Origin: Smithellaceae bacterium
Lineage (GTDB): Bacteria; Desulfobacterota; Syntrophia; Syntrophales; Smithellaceae
Assembly (NCBI GenBank): GCA_963667845.2
Contig: CAXXVL010000002.1
Location: 3,104,001 to 3,168,000 of the forward strand
Direction of reading: 5' to 3'
Length of the DNA: 64,000 nucleotides
A program made the position numbers and the translations under genes. The notes below the pieces were generated by a model. The model worked only from the letters and a program-made list of their open reading frames with translations, was not told the DNA's origin and searched no databases. Of the stretch, positions 8,981 through 18,518 are shown in pieces. Position 1 is the first letter of the stretch. Each line of letters opens with the position of its first letter.

Positions 8981-10651
8981 ATGCGGAAACCCAAACAAGA
9001 TAAACCTGAGAACCATTTGCAGCCGATTCTGGAAATTGCCTCGTCTGTCGGTCTTACGGAAAATGATCTCGAATTATACGGCCGTTACAAAGCGAAAGTT
9101 CGATTGGAAGCGATAAAACGATTCGAACGACGGAAAAAAAGCGCCCTCATTCTGGTATCGGCCATGACGCCGACGCCCGCAGGCGAAGGAAAGACAACGG
9201 TCTCTATCGGACTGGCTCAGGCCCTCGCCAAAATTGGTAAACGGACCATAGCCGCCCTGCGTGAACCGTCGCTGGGACCCGTCTTCGGCCTCAAAGGGGG
9301 AGCGACAGGAGGAGGAATGTCGCGGGTGCACCCGACGGATGATATCAATTTACACTTCACCAATGACTTCCCGGCTATCGAAAGTGCCCATAACCTGTTG
9401 TCGGCGATTCTCGATAATTCCATTTTTCACGGCAATCCGCTCAATATCGATCCGCGAAAAATCACGTGGCGCAGGGTCATGGATATGAATGATCGATCTC
9501 TTCGGGATATTGTTATCGGCCTGGGCGGCTCGACAAACGGCGTTCCGAGGGAAACCGGATTCGACATTGTGCCATCGAGTGAAATTATGGCGATCCTGTG
9601 CCTTTCCCGCTCCTATGAAGAACTGAAGAACAAGATTCGTAAAACGCTGGTCGGCTTCACATACGGAGATCAGCCGGTCATTGCCAGTGATCTTAAGGTC
9701 GAGGGAGCTCTAACCGCGCTCTTGAAGTATGCGCTCCTCCCCAATCTTGTGCAGACGACCGAGGGCGTACCGGCGATTATTCATGGAGGACCGTTTGCCA
9801 ATATAGCCCAGGGAACCAACAGCATCATCGGTACGGATCTGGCGCTTCGACTGGCGGATTATGTGGTGACCGAGGCGGGTTTTGGTTTTGATCTCGGAGC
9901 TGAGAAGTATTTCGATATTGTCGCCCCCTATGGTGATTTGAATCCCCGGATTGTCGTGCTCGTCGCTACCGTCCGTGCCCTGAAATACCATGCCGGCATC
10001 GATCAGTCGGATCTCAATATTCCGAATCCGCACGCGGCGGTACTGGGGATGGCAAATCTGCGCAAGCACTATGAAAACATCGATAAATTCAATGTGCCGT
10101 GCATTATTGCCTTAAATCGATTCCCGTCCGACGCTGATGAAGAAATTCGGGCCGTCGCGGAGGCTGCCGAAAATGAAGGAATGAACATCGCCGTTGCGGA
10201 CGTTTTTGCGCGGGGTGGGCAGGGCGGTGTGGATCTGGCTGAAAAGACGGTTTCGCTGATCGACGCGGCCACGGGAAGGTATCAGCCCCTTTATGACTGG
10301 AAATCGCCGGTGGAAGATAAGATCTTTAAAGTGGCGAGCGAAATATACGGCGCCGTCTCAATCGATTACCAGCCTCAGGCCAGGCGTAATCTCGATCTGA
10401 TAAAGAAACTCGGCTATGACAAGCTTCCGGTGTGCATTGCCAAAACCCAGCAATCCCTCTCCGATAACCCGAGTCTGTTGGGATTGCCGAGCGACTTCAT
10501 CGTGACCGTCCGCGAAATAAAAATCGCATCGGGGGCGGGCTTCTTGATTCCCATTACGGGCGAAATTCTGCGCATGCCCGGGCTTTCCAGGGCCCCGGCC
10601 GCCAACCGTATTGATATCGATGACGCCGGAAAGATTACGGGCATCGTTTAG
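8981..10651 (+). CDS. fhs: Formate-tetrahydrofolate ligase
   Basis: TPAGEGKTT, LREPSLGP, HGGPFANIA, TEAGFG, AKTQ. ATG 8981 lies 4 nt after the gcvR-like stop. Confidence 0.95.
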   Translation: MRKPKQDKPENHLQPILEIASSVGLTENDLELYGRYKAKVRLEAIKRFERRKKSALILVSAMTPTPAGEGKTTVSIGLAQALAKIGKRTIAALREPSLGPVFGLKGGATGGGMSRVHPTDDINLHFTNDFPAIESAHNLLSAILDNSIFHGNPLNIDPRKITWRRVMDMNDRSLRDIVIGLGGSTNGVPRETGFDIVPSSEIMAILCLSRSYEELKNKIRKTLVGFTYGDQPVIASDLKVEGALTALLKYALLPNLVQTTEGVPAIIHGGPFANIAQGTNSIIGTDLALRLADYVVTEAGFGFDLGAEKYFDIVAPYGDLNPRIVVLVATVRALKYHAGIDQSDLNIPNPHAAVLGMANLRKHYENIDKFNVPCIIALNRFPSDADEEIRAVAEAAENEGMNIAVADVFARGGQGGVDLAEKTVSLIDAATGRYQPLYDWKSPVEDKIFKVASEIYGAVSIDYQPQARRNLDLIKKLGYDKLPVCIAKTQQSLSDNPSLLGLPSDFIVTVREIKIASGAGFLIPITGEILRMPGLSRAPAANRIDIDDAGKITGIV

Positions 10652-10684
10652 AACTCGTCGCCGCGTGATAAACCATATAAAATC

Positions 10685-10713
10685 TTGACAGTCTCTTTTC
10701 CTTTTAATATATT
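10685..10713 (+). promoter_or_regulatory. Sigma70-like promoter for gltA
   Basis: TTGACA-17 bp-TATATT. Confidence 0.55.
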
Positions 10714-10859
10714 AACAAAACAAATAAGTTGATTCTATAAACCAACCCATACTGGCTTTTGCAGAGAAGTAAAATCTCTTTATCACACTTATTTAAGATG
10801 TTCAGAGTGCATGGTTTGCACCGTAAATAAATTATGGATTGACTACCGGGAGAACAAAA

Positions 10860-12149
10860 ATGGAAAAAGCAACGCTGACATTCGATGGAATGAAATATGA
10901 AATGCCGATCATCGCGGGCACGGAAGGTGAGAAGGGCATAGACATATCGAAATTACGGCAGGAAACCGGCTTAATAACAGTGGATGCCGGCTACCAGAAT
11001 ACCGGGTCGTGCATGTCGGCAATTACTTTTATCGACGGCGATAAGGGGATCTTGAGATACAGAGGCATTCCCATCGAAGAACTTGCGGAAAAAGCCAGTT
11101 TTACGGAAGTAGCTTATCTGCTGATCTACGGTGACCTTCCGAATAAGGCTCAGCAGCAGATTTTTTCACAACGCCTCACACAGAATTCCATGATTCACGA
11201 AGAAATGCTGAGGTTCTTTGACGGATTCCCGCCCACCGCGCATCCGATGGCTATTCTGGCAACGATGGTCAACTCCATGTCCGTTTATTATACGGACTAT
11301 TTTACGGAAGATTTTCAGGCGGAAACGTTTGACCTCATGGCCGCCTCGCTGATTTCGAGAATTCGGACGATTGCGGCTTATTCGTACAAGCACAGCATAG
11401 GGCATCCGCATGTTTATCCCAAGCGCGATTTGAAATACGCATCGAACTTCCTTTATATGATGTTCGATTCTCCGGTGAATCCCTATGTTCCGGACCCGGA
11501 CATTGAAAAGGCTCTCTCCACATTATTGATCTTACATGCCGACCACGAGCAAAATTGCAGCACGTCAACCGTCCGTCTGGTTGGCAGCAGTATGGCGAAT
11601 CTTTATGCTTCCATCTGCGCGGGAATTTGTGCTCTGTGGGGGCCGCTGCACGGCGGCGCGAATCAGAAGGTGATCGAAATGCTGGAAAATATCAAGAAAG
11701 ACAATGTGACGATCGAGCAATGTATTGCATCCGCCAAGGATAGAGAAAGTAAATTCCGTCTGTTTGGCTTCGGCCATCGTGTATATAAGAATTACGACCC
11801 TCGTGCCAGAATTTTGAAACAATACTGCGAGACCATCTTTAAAAAATATAATTATCAGGACCCGCTCATCAACATCGCCATGGAGTTGGAAGATGCCGCC
11901 CTTAAAGACGAGTTTTTTGTCGAAAGGAAACTGTATCCGAACGTAGATTTCTACAGCGGCATTCTATATCGGATGATTGGAATTCCGACGGATATGTTTA
12001 CGGTCATGTTTGCCATCGGCAGGCTGCCCGGCATGATCGCTCAGTGGAAGGAAATGCATGATTCCGTGCCGTTTAGAATCGGCAGGCCCAGACAAATTTA
12101 CACGGGAAGCAATTTACGAAACTATGTGCCGCTCACCGAACGGTCATAA
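10860..12149 (+). CDS. gltA: Citrate (Si)-synthase, type II
   Basis: ITFIDGDKGILRYRG, DHEQNCSTSTVR, GPLHGGAN, GFGHRVYK, YPNVDFYSG; GGGAG RBS before ATG 10860. Confidence 0.95.
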   Translation: MEKATLTFDGMKYEMPIIAGTEGEKGIDISKLRQETGLITVDAGYQNTGSCMSAITFIDGDKGILRYRGIPIEELAEKASFTEVAYLLIYGDLPNKAQQQIFSQRLTQNSMIHEEMLRFFDGFPPTAHPMAILATMVNSMSVYYTDYFTEDFQAETFDLMAASLISRIRTIAAYSYKHSIGHPHVYPKRDLKYASNFLYMMFDSPVNPYVPDPDIEKALSTLLILHADHEQNCSTSTVRLVGSSMANLYASICAGICALWGPLHGGANQKVIEMLENIKKDNVTIEQCIASAKDRESKFRLFGFGHRVYKNYDPRARILKQYCETIFKKYNYQDPLINIAMELEDAALKDEFFVERKLYPNVDFYSGILYRMIGIPTDMFTVMFAIGRLPGMIAQWKEMHDSVPFRIGRPRQIYTGSNLRNYVPLTERS

Positions 12150-12160
12150 GAAGAGAGCGG

Positions 12161-12224
12161 GAATCAGCCACCTCGCAGCAAGCTACGGAGAATTAACGCT
12201 CGTCCCGCAAATCTGGATTAAAAA
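12161..12224 (+). repeat. Palindromic REP/PATE-like element, short copy
   Basis: GAATCAGCCACCTCGCAGCAAGCTACGGAGAATTAACGCTCGTCCCG...GGATTAAAAA; matches both ends of 25885-25990. Confidence 0.75.
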
Positions 12225-12231
12225 CTTTTTC

Positions 12232-12260
12232 TTGACTTTTTTCGGCCATTTGCCTATACA
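12232..12260 (+). promoter_or_regulatory. Sigma70-like promoter upstream of the leader peptide
   Basis: TTGACT-17 bp-TATACA. Confidence 0.55.
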
Positions 12261-12282
12261 CGCGGCTCAAGAGGTAGTGAAA

Positions 12283-12375
12283 ATGTTGAAAGACAATCTG
12301 ATTTTTCAGGCAGCACGATATTACTTTTACTTTTTTAGCTTTAGAGGCTACAAGGTCTGCCTGAAAGTATCATGA
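12283..12375 (+). CDS. Phe/Tyr-rich attenuator leader peptide (30 aa, MLKDNLIFQAARYYFYFFSFRGYKVCLKVS)
   Basis: GAGGT RBS upstream; 7 of 8 consecutive codons are Tyr or Phe (12319-12342); overlaps alternative hairpins. Confidence 0.75.
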   Translation: MLKDNLIFQAARYYFYFFSFRGYKVCLKVS

Positions 12376-12394
12376 CCGATCGTAAAGGGAAATG

Positions 12395-12433
12395 AACCGT
12401 GGGCAGATTAAAATTTGCTCACGGTTTTTTTTT
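12395..12433 (+). terminator. Attenuator terminator (3:4 hairpin plus U-tract) upstream of the ABC operon
   Basis: AACCGTGGGCAGATT/AATTTGCTCACGGTT stem with a T9 run at 12425-12433, ending about 40 nt before the operon start codon. Confidence 0.85.
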
Positions 12434-12472
12434 GTCGGAAAGTCACAAAAATAAAACGAGGGGGACGGGAAA

Positions 12473-13678
12473 ATGAAAAGATGCGGCAGTATTTTACTAG
12501 CGCTGTTATTCTGCACGTTCATCGTCGTCGGACAGGCACAAGCCCAGACGAAGACGATTAAAGTCGGCGCGGCCATTAACCTGACCGGTCCGGCATCCAG
12601 CTGGGGGAAATTTCACGAAAAAGGTCAGCGGGATTATTTCCAGTATGTCAACGATGTCAAAGGCGGCGTAGCCGGGTATCGAATCAACATGATCACGGTT
12701 GATACGGCATACAAGGTGCCGGAAGCACAGGCGGCCGTGCGCAAATTTGTCATGCAGGATAAAGTGGACATGATCGCCACTTGGGGCGCCGGCGAAGGTC
12801 TGGCGGCAAAGCCCATTATACAGGAATACAAAGTCCCGACCATCAATTACTCCACGAGCTGGGAAATTCTGGAAAAACCGGTCGATTACATGTATCTGCC
12901 CTTCGGCAGTTACAAAATGGATTGCCAGGCTGTTCTTGAATATATCAAAGCCATTCATAAGAGCAAAGAGGCGCCGAAGGTCGGACTGCTCACCTACAAT
13001 AACGCGTACGGTCGTTCGATTCATGCACCCAGCAAGGACTACGCGGCGAAGTTGGGCATTAAACTCGTTGCCATCGAGGAGTTTCCACCCCGCACCGTTG
13101 ATCTCAACACGGAATTGCTCAGGCTGCAGAAGGCCGGGGCCGAATATATCTTCATTCAGATGTTACCGTCTGCAATTATCACGGCCTTCAAAAGCGCCGA
13201 TCGTATCAAATACAATCCGCTATTTCTGGGCACCTGGACATCCACCGATCCCGACTTTTTCAAAATGGGCAAAGGGCTGATTCGCAACCGCCTGGTCATG
13301 CAGTTTCCCGGCGGACTGCCCTCCGATAATGTTAAGGGCATGGCCGTGATGAAAGAACTCTGGAAGCGATATAAGACCGTGGATTCGTTTGATGCCGCAT
13401 ACTGGGAGGGGGTTGCGGTCGGCATGATTATGGAGCGGGCCTTTCTCAGAGCTTATGAAAAGTCCAAGGCTATTAATCCGACAACCGTGAATGCGGCAAT
13501 GGAATCGATGAAAAATGAAGATTTCGGCGGACTGCTTCCGGCGGTGACCTATACGAAGGATAATCACGAAGCCTCCTTTATGGCACGCATGGTCAGAGTG
13601 AAGGAAGATGGAACCTATATTCCCTTGACAAATTTTTATGTACCGGGGAAAGATAAAATTAAATTGATCAATAAGTAG
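12473..13678 (+). CDS. Liv/HAAT-family ABC transporter substrate-binding protein
   Basis: Signal peptide; IKVGAAINLTGP, VNDVKGGVAG, DTAY, NNAYG. Confidence 0.85.
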   Translation: MKRCGSILLALLFCTFIVVGQAQAQTKTIKVGAAINLTGPASSWGKFHEKGQRDYFQYVNDVKGGVAGYRINMITVDTAYKVPEAQAAVRKFVMQDKVDMIATWGAGEGLAAKPIIQEYKVPTINYSTSWEILEKPVDYMYLPFGSYKMDCQAVLEYIKAIHKSKEAPKVGLLTYNNAYGRSIHAPSKDYAAKLGIKLVAIEEFPPRTVDLNTELLRLQKAGAEYIFIQMLPSAIITAFKSADRIKYNPLFLGTWTSTDPDFFKMGKGLIRNRLVMQFPGGLPSDNVKGMAVMKELWKRYKTVDSFDAAYWEGVAVGMIMERAFLRAYEKSKAINPTTVNAAMESMKNEDFGGLLPAVTYTKDNHEASFMARMVRVKEDGTYIPLTNFYVPGKDKIKLINK

Positions 13679-13689
13679 AATGATTAAAG

Positions 13690-13722
13690 GGCGGGGATGC
13701 CGGACGATCCGGTACTCCCGCC
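13690..13722 (+). promoter_or_regulatory. Intercistronic stem-loop after the SBP gene
   Basis: GGCGGGGATGCCGGA-CGA-TCCGGTACTCCCGCC with no U-tract. Confidence 0.55.
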
Positions 13723-13759
13723 GGAATAAACGCGGGTGAACGCTCCCGTCGAGGTAGTC

Positions 13760-14590
13760 ATGAAGGCATTCCGCAGCCGGCCGTCGATTATGATCAACCG
13801 GCCTGAAGCAGTTAAAAAAGCCGAATTGGAAATAAAAAATTTGCGTCTTAGTTTCGGCGGTGTTGTGGCGGTCAAAGACGTTGATCTGACCGTGCACACC
13901 GGTGAACTGATGGCAGTGATCGGACCCAACGGTGCCGGCAAGACCAGTTTGTTAAACTGCATAACCGGCTTTTATCATCCGCAACAGGGGCACATCATCT
14001 TCAATGGCCGGGATATCACGCATCTGCATACGCACGAACTCGTCGGGGTCGGCATCGGCAGAACCTTTCAAAACATTGAACTGTTCCCCGGCATGACCGT
14101 TCTGGCCAACATGACGCTGGCACGTCATATTCACTGCCGGTACAGCTTCTGGCGTTCCTGCCTTTTCTCACCCGGTGTTCGGAAAGAAGAAATCCGGCAT
14201 CGTCAAATTCTCGAAGAGATTATCGATTTTCTTGAAATGCAGTCTATCCGCAAACAGACGGTCGGTTCTCTGCCCTACGGCATGATGAAACGCGTGGAAC
14301 TGGGCCGGGCGCTGGCTCTCGAACCAAAACTACTGATTCTGGACGAACCCTTCGCCGGCATGAACTTGGAAGAAAAAGAAGACATGGTGCGTTTCCTGTT
14401 GGAGCTGAACGGGCGATGGGGAGTTACCATGATCCTGGTGGAACATGACATGTCCATCGTCATGAGTATTGCCCAGCGGATTACTGTACTGAATTTCGGC
14501 GAGAAACTGGGGGAAGGCAATCCGGATGAAGTCGGCGCCAACCCCGAAGTGATCAAAGCATATCTGGGCGATTCTCAGGCGATTGAATGA
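13760..14590 (+). CDS. livG: ABC transporter ATP-binding protein, LivG-like
   Basis: GPNGAGKT, RTFQN, LPYG, LDEP, EHDM, AYLG; GAGGT RBS. Confidence 0.85.
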   Translation: MKAFRSRPSIMINRPEAVKKAELEIKNLRLSFGGVVAVKDVDLTVHTGELMAVIGPNGAGKTSLLNCITGFYHPQQGHIIFNGRDITHLHTHELVGVGIGRTFQNIELFPGMTVLANMTLARHIHCRYSFWRSCLFSPGVRKEEIRHRQILEEIIDFLEMQSIRKQTVGSLPYGMMKRVELGRALALEPKLLILDEPFAGMNLEEKEDMVRFLLELNGRWGVTMILVEHDMSIVMSIAQRITVLNFGEKLGEGNPDEVGANPEVIKAYLGDSQAIE

Positions 14591-16533
14591 AGAGGCTTGA
14601 ACATTTGGACAAGGCAAACGCACATCAATCAACAAGACCTCAAGTCACTTTGCCGCAATTGCTGGCGAAGAACGCCGAAACTTACGGCGATGCAAAGACG
14701 GCCATCCGTGAAAAAGCATACGGCATCTGGCAGAAATACACCTGGAATGATTATTTCAATTACGTAAAAAAAACCGCTGCGGGCTTTGCCGCCCTGAAGA
14801 TGAAGCGGGGTGATAACCTCTGCATGATTGTAAACAACTCGCCCGAGTGGCTTTTTACCGAACTGGCCACGCACTCTCTGGGTGCAACGACTCTTAACTT
14901 ATTTACGTCCTCGATTGCTGATGAGCTCGCTTTCTCCATCGGTCGCATTCATTCACCCCTGGTCGTCGTTCAGGATCAGGAACAGGTCGATAAGCTAATC
15001 GAAGCCAAGGACAAATTGCCTCATGTGCAGAAAGTTGTATATATTGATCCTACCGGAATGACATCTTACGAAAATGATCCCTGGCTGATCAGTTATGCAG
15101 CCCTTCTCGATAACGGCGAAAAGTTTATTGCGGATCATCCGCAATATGTTGAAGACGAAATCGGCAAGGGAAGGCCGCGGGATATCGCCGTCATGATTCA
15201 GACCTCCGGAACAACCGGCGTACCCAAAATAGCGATGTTGTCGCACCGCAATCTGGCAACGATGGCTGTTCAGTGGGCTCAGGCGGAAAATATTCAAGCG
15301 GAAGAAAACTGGATTTCCATGTCACCGCCCGCCTGGATCGTCGATCAGATGTGGGGCCTGGGCGTAGCGCTGGGGAGCGGGATGACGATGAATTTTCCTG
15401 AGACGCCCGAGACCATTCTGGAAGACTTTCGGGATATCGGTCCTTCCATTCTCATCACGGCTTCCCGGTTTTGGGAAGATATGGCATCGCGCATTCGCGT
15501 CAAAATCTCCGATGCCAGCTGGATCAAAAGACGACTTTTCTACTGGGGTGAGCGCGTCGGCCGATCGGTTGTCGAAAAGAAATTGCACAAGCAGACCATT
15601 TCCTGGCCGACAAAAGTCCTGTATCAATTTTTGACTCTGGCCGTTTACAACCCGTTGCTGGACCGCCTGGGCTGCTCCCATTTTCACAGCGCATTCACCG
15701 GCGGCCACCCGATCAGTCCGGATGTCATCGGATTCTTTCGGGCCATCGGTCTTAATCTAAAACAGTGCTATGGCCTCACTGAATCCTGCGGCATTTTTCA
15801 GATTCAGCCCGACGATGAAGTCAAACTGGAAACCGTTGGGAAGCCTCTGCCGCTGACCGAGGTGAAGCTAGCCGAAGACCAGGAAGTCCTGGTAAAGTCG
15901 GAGGCCAATTTCTCAGGCTACTATGACGATTACAAATCGACGGAAGCGGCATTTGAGAACGGATGGCTGAAAACCGGCGATGCAGGCTACATTGACGAAG
16001 GAGGGCATCTGCTGATTATCGGCCGGAAGGAAGACATCATCCGCAATAAGAGCGGTGATGCGTTTTCGCCCGATTTTATTGAAACGCGGCTCAAATTCAG
16101 CCCGTATATCAAAGAGGCGGTCACCTTCGGAGAAGCCCGTCCGTATATTACCGCGATGATCAATATTGATATGGGCAATGTCGGCAACTGGGCCGAAGAC
16201 AAAATGATCCCTTATACGACATACATGGATTTATCCCAGCAAAAGGCTGTAGAAGAACTCATTCTCAAACAAGTCCGGCAGGTCAACGAGCAGCTCCCCG
16301 AAGTCATGAAGATTAAGAAGTTCGTCCTGCTGTATAAGCTGCTCGACGCGGACGATGATGAACTGACCCGCACCGGAAAAGTGCGCCGGCGTTTCGTTTA
16401 CGGCCTGTATCTTAAAATCATCGAAGCCATGTACGGCGGGCTCAAGAATGTTCAGGTGACGGGGAAGATTCGCTATCGCGACGGAAGAATCGGTGAGATC
16501 GAAACAACCATCAATATGATCAGCGTGGATTGA
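14587..16533 (+). CDS. AMP-forming acyl-CoA synthetase (long-chain-fatty-acid-CoA ligase-like) embedded in the ABC operon
   Basis: QTSGTTGVPK, YGLTE, WLKTGDAG, IIGRKED, ELTRTGKVRR. Confidence 0.85.
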   Translation: MKRLEHLDKANAHQSTRPQVTLPQLLAKNAETYGDAKTAIREKAYGIWQKYTWNDYFNYVKKTAAGFAALKMKRGDNLCMIVNNSPEWLFTELATHSLGATTLNLFTSSIADELAFSIGRIHSPLVVVQDQEQVDKLIEAKDKLPHVQKVVYIDPTGMTSYENDPWLISYAALLDNGEKFIADHPQYVEDEIGKGRPRDIAVMIQTSGTTGVPKIAMLSHRNLATMAVQWAQAENIQAEENWISMSPPAWIVDQMWGLGVALGSGMTMNFPETPETILEDFRDIGPSILITASRFWEDMASRIRVKISDASWIKRRLFYWGERVGRSVVEKKLHKQTISWPTKVLYQFLTLAVYNPLLDRLGCSHFHSAFTGGHPISPDVIGFFRAIGLNLKQCYGLTESCGIFQIQPDDEVKLETVGKPLPLTEVKLAEDQEVLVKSEANFSGYYDDYKSTEAAFENGWLKTGDAGYIDEGGHLLIIGRKEDIIRNKSGDAFSPDFIETRLKFSPYIKEAVTFGEARPYITAMINIDMGNVGNWAEDKMIPYTTYMDLSQQKAVEELILKQVRQVNEQLPEVMKIKKFVLLYKLLDADDDELTRTGKVRRRFVYGLYLKIIEAMYGGLKNVQVTGKIRYRDGRIGEIETTINMISVD

Positions 16534-16543
16534 GGAGCAGGGT

Positions 16544-17422
16544 ATGGATTTTTTTCTGCAATTATTGGTTAACGGCATCTGCGTCGGGCTGTTGTATGGT
16601 ATTTCCGCCATGGGCTTTGTCATGATTTTTAAAGCGTCGAGCGTCCTTAACTTTGCGCACGGCGAGCTTCTGGCTCTGGGCGCTTTCTTTTTTCTCTCCC
16701 TGGTAACCTGGGGTAAAATTCCCGTGGCGGCAGCATTCGTCCTGACTCTGGGCGGATGCTTTTTGCTTGGATTTGTGATCGAGAGGTTTTTCTTAAGGCC
16801 GCTTATCGGTGAAAAATTGATTTTTGTCATCATGCTCACTGTTGGTCTGGCGGCCATGTTCAAAGGTCTCATTCTGCTGATCTGGGGAGGCAACCTGCAC
16901 ACCTATCCGGAATTTCTGCCGCCCTCGCTCGAGCTTCATTTAGGCTCGATCTATATCGCTCCCGTATATTCGGCCACGCTGGTGATCAGCATTGTTTTCC
17001 TGATCCTTTTCGGTTTGTTTTTTAAGAAATCTTCACAGGGAATATTCATGCGGTCCGTGGCAGACAACCAGAAGGCAGCGTTATCGCTGGGTGTTCATGT
17101 CCGCCGCGTCTTTGCTCTGTCCTGGGCGATCGCTGCGATGGTGGCCTGTATGAGCGGTATCGTTCTCGGCATCATTAACGGCGTGAATGTTCATGACTTG
17201 AGTGCGATCGGTCTGAAAGTATTTCCCGTGGTCATTTTAGGAGGTCTAGACAGCATTGGCGGCGCAATTATCGGCGGGATTATCATCGGTCTTCTCGAAA
17301 CCTTCACAGGCGGTTATCTGTCGCCTTCGTTGCGTGATGTTGTCCCGTACATTGTACTGGTCTTTATTTTGATGGTCAAACCTTATGGACTGTTCGGACT
17401 GGTCGAGATTGAAAGAGTATAA
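16544..17422 (+). CDS. livH: ABC transporter permease, LivH-like
   Basis: QLLVNG, LNFAHGE, MRSVADN, ILGGLDS, KPYGLFG. Confidence 0.85.
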   Translation: MDFFLQLLVNGICVGLLYGISAMGFVMIFKASSVLNFAHGELLALGAFFFLSLVTWGKIPVAAAFVLTLGGCFLLGFVIERFFLRPLIGEKLIFVIMLTVGLAAMFKGLILLIWGGNLHTYPEFLPPSLELHLGSIYIAPVYSATLVISIVFLILFGLFFKKSSQGIFMRSVADNQKAALSLGVHVRRVFALSWAIAAMVACMSGIVLGIINGVNVHDLSAIGLKVFPVVILGGLDSIGGAIIGGIIIGLLETFTGGYLSPSLRDVVPYIVLVFILMVKPYGLFGLVEIERV

Positions 17423-17437
17423 AAGGCATAAATATTT

Positions 17438-18508
17438 ATGAAGAAATTATCCTTTCATCCCTGCGGCAATTTTCACGAAGATTATGCTCAGGAGTTGACC
17501 ATTTTCGAAACCTGGTACGGCCGGGTAAGCCTCATCGCATTTCTGATTTTACTCTTCGGGATCGCGCCTTTTTTCCTCAGCTCCTATTTGCTCTATATTT
17601 TGAATAACATCGGGATTATGGCGATTGCGGCCATCGGCCTCAACATCCTCATCGGATACACGGGGCAAATTTCACTCGGTCACGGCGCGTTCTTCGGCGT
17701 CGGCGCTTACGCGGGGGCCATTTTGGCGACTCGCCTGGGCCTGCCGTTCTATCTATCGATTCCGGCCGCCGGCATCATCACCGCCATGATCGGCATGATT
17801 TTCGGGATTCCCTCCGGCAGACTGAAGGGCCTGTATCTGACCATCGCCACACTTGCGGGCCAGTTCATTATCGAATATGTTCTTATTCAGTGGGAAAGCC
17901 TGACGAAAGGCACAATGGGGATTACACTGCCCGGGCCCAGCATCCTGGGCTGGACCATTGCGGGGGACAAATCCTTTTTCTTCTTAATCTTCATTTGCCT
18001 GGTTTTAATGACTTGGTTTGCCGTCAACATCATGCGCAGCAAATACGGCCGCGCATTTATCGCTATCCGGGACAATGACCGCGCCGCGGAAGGCATGGGT
18101 ATTCCGATTTTCAAGTATAAACTGCTGTCGTTCGCCATCAGCTCATTCTATGCAGGTTTTGCCGGCGCGATCTGGGCGTACTACATGGTGAGCATTACCA
18201 CCGAACCCTTCAACCTCTCCCTCTCCGTGGAGTTTATTGCCATGGTCATCATCGGCGGGATGGGTAATATTCCCGGTGCGATTTTTGGTGCGACATTTAT
18301 CACCGTTTTGAACGAAGCCCTGCGCTATGCGACCGGAGTTTTAATGAATGTCGGCTTTGTCACCAGCATGGGGCTCAATATGGCGCCGCTGCGCGAATTC
18401 ATTTTCGGCCTGGCTATTGTTTTGTTTATTCTGCTGGAACCGAAGGGGATTGCGGAACTATGGCGGATCTTGCGCTCCAATTTCCGGCTCTGGCCGTTTT
18501 CTTACTAG
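17438..18508 (+). CDS. livM: ABC transporter permease, LivM-like
   Basis: GYTGQISLGHGAF, LKGLYLTIATL, GRAFIAIRDN, IIGGMG, EPKG. Confidence 0.85.
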   Translation: MKKLSFHPCGNFHEDYAQELTIFETWYGRVSLIAFLILLFGIAPFFLSSYLLYILNNIGIMAIAAIGLNILIGYTGQISLGHGAFFGVGAYAGAILATRLGLPFYLSIPAAGIITAMIGMIFGIPSGRLKGLYLTIATLAGQFIIEYVLIQWESLTKGTMGITLPGPSILGWTIAGDKSFFFLIFICLVLMTWFAVNIMRSKYGRAFIAIRDNDRAAEGMGIPIFKYKLLSFAISSFYAGFAGAIWAYYMVSITTEPFNLSLSVEFIAMVIIGGMGNIPGAIFGATFITVLNEALRYATGVLMNVGFVTSMGLNMAPLREFIFGLAIVLFILLEPKGIAELWRILRSNFRLWPFSY

Positions 18509-18518
18509 GATAATATGT

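Noticed and set aside
12058..12375. 105-aa ORF in the track
   Set aside because: Its 5' part overlaps gltA and the repeat element; only the last 30 codons from ATG 12283, which have an RBS, are credible.
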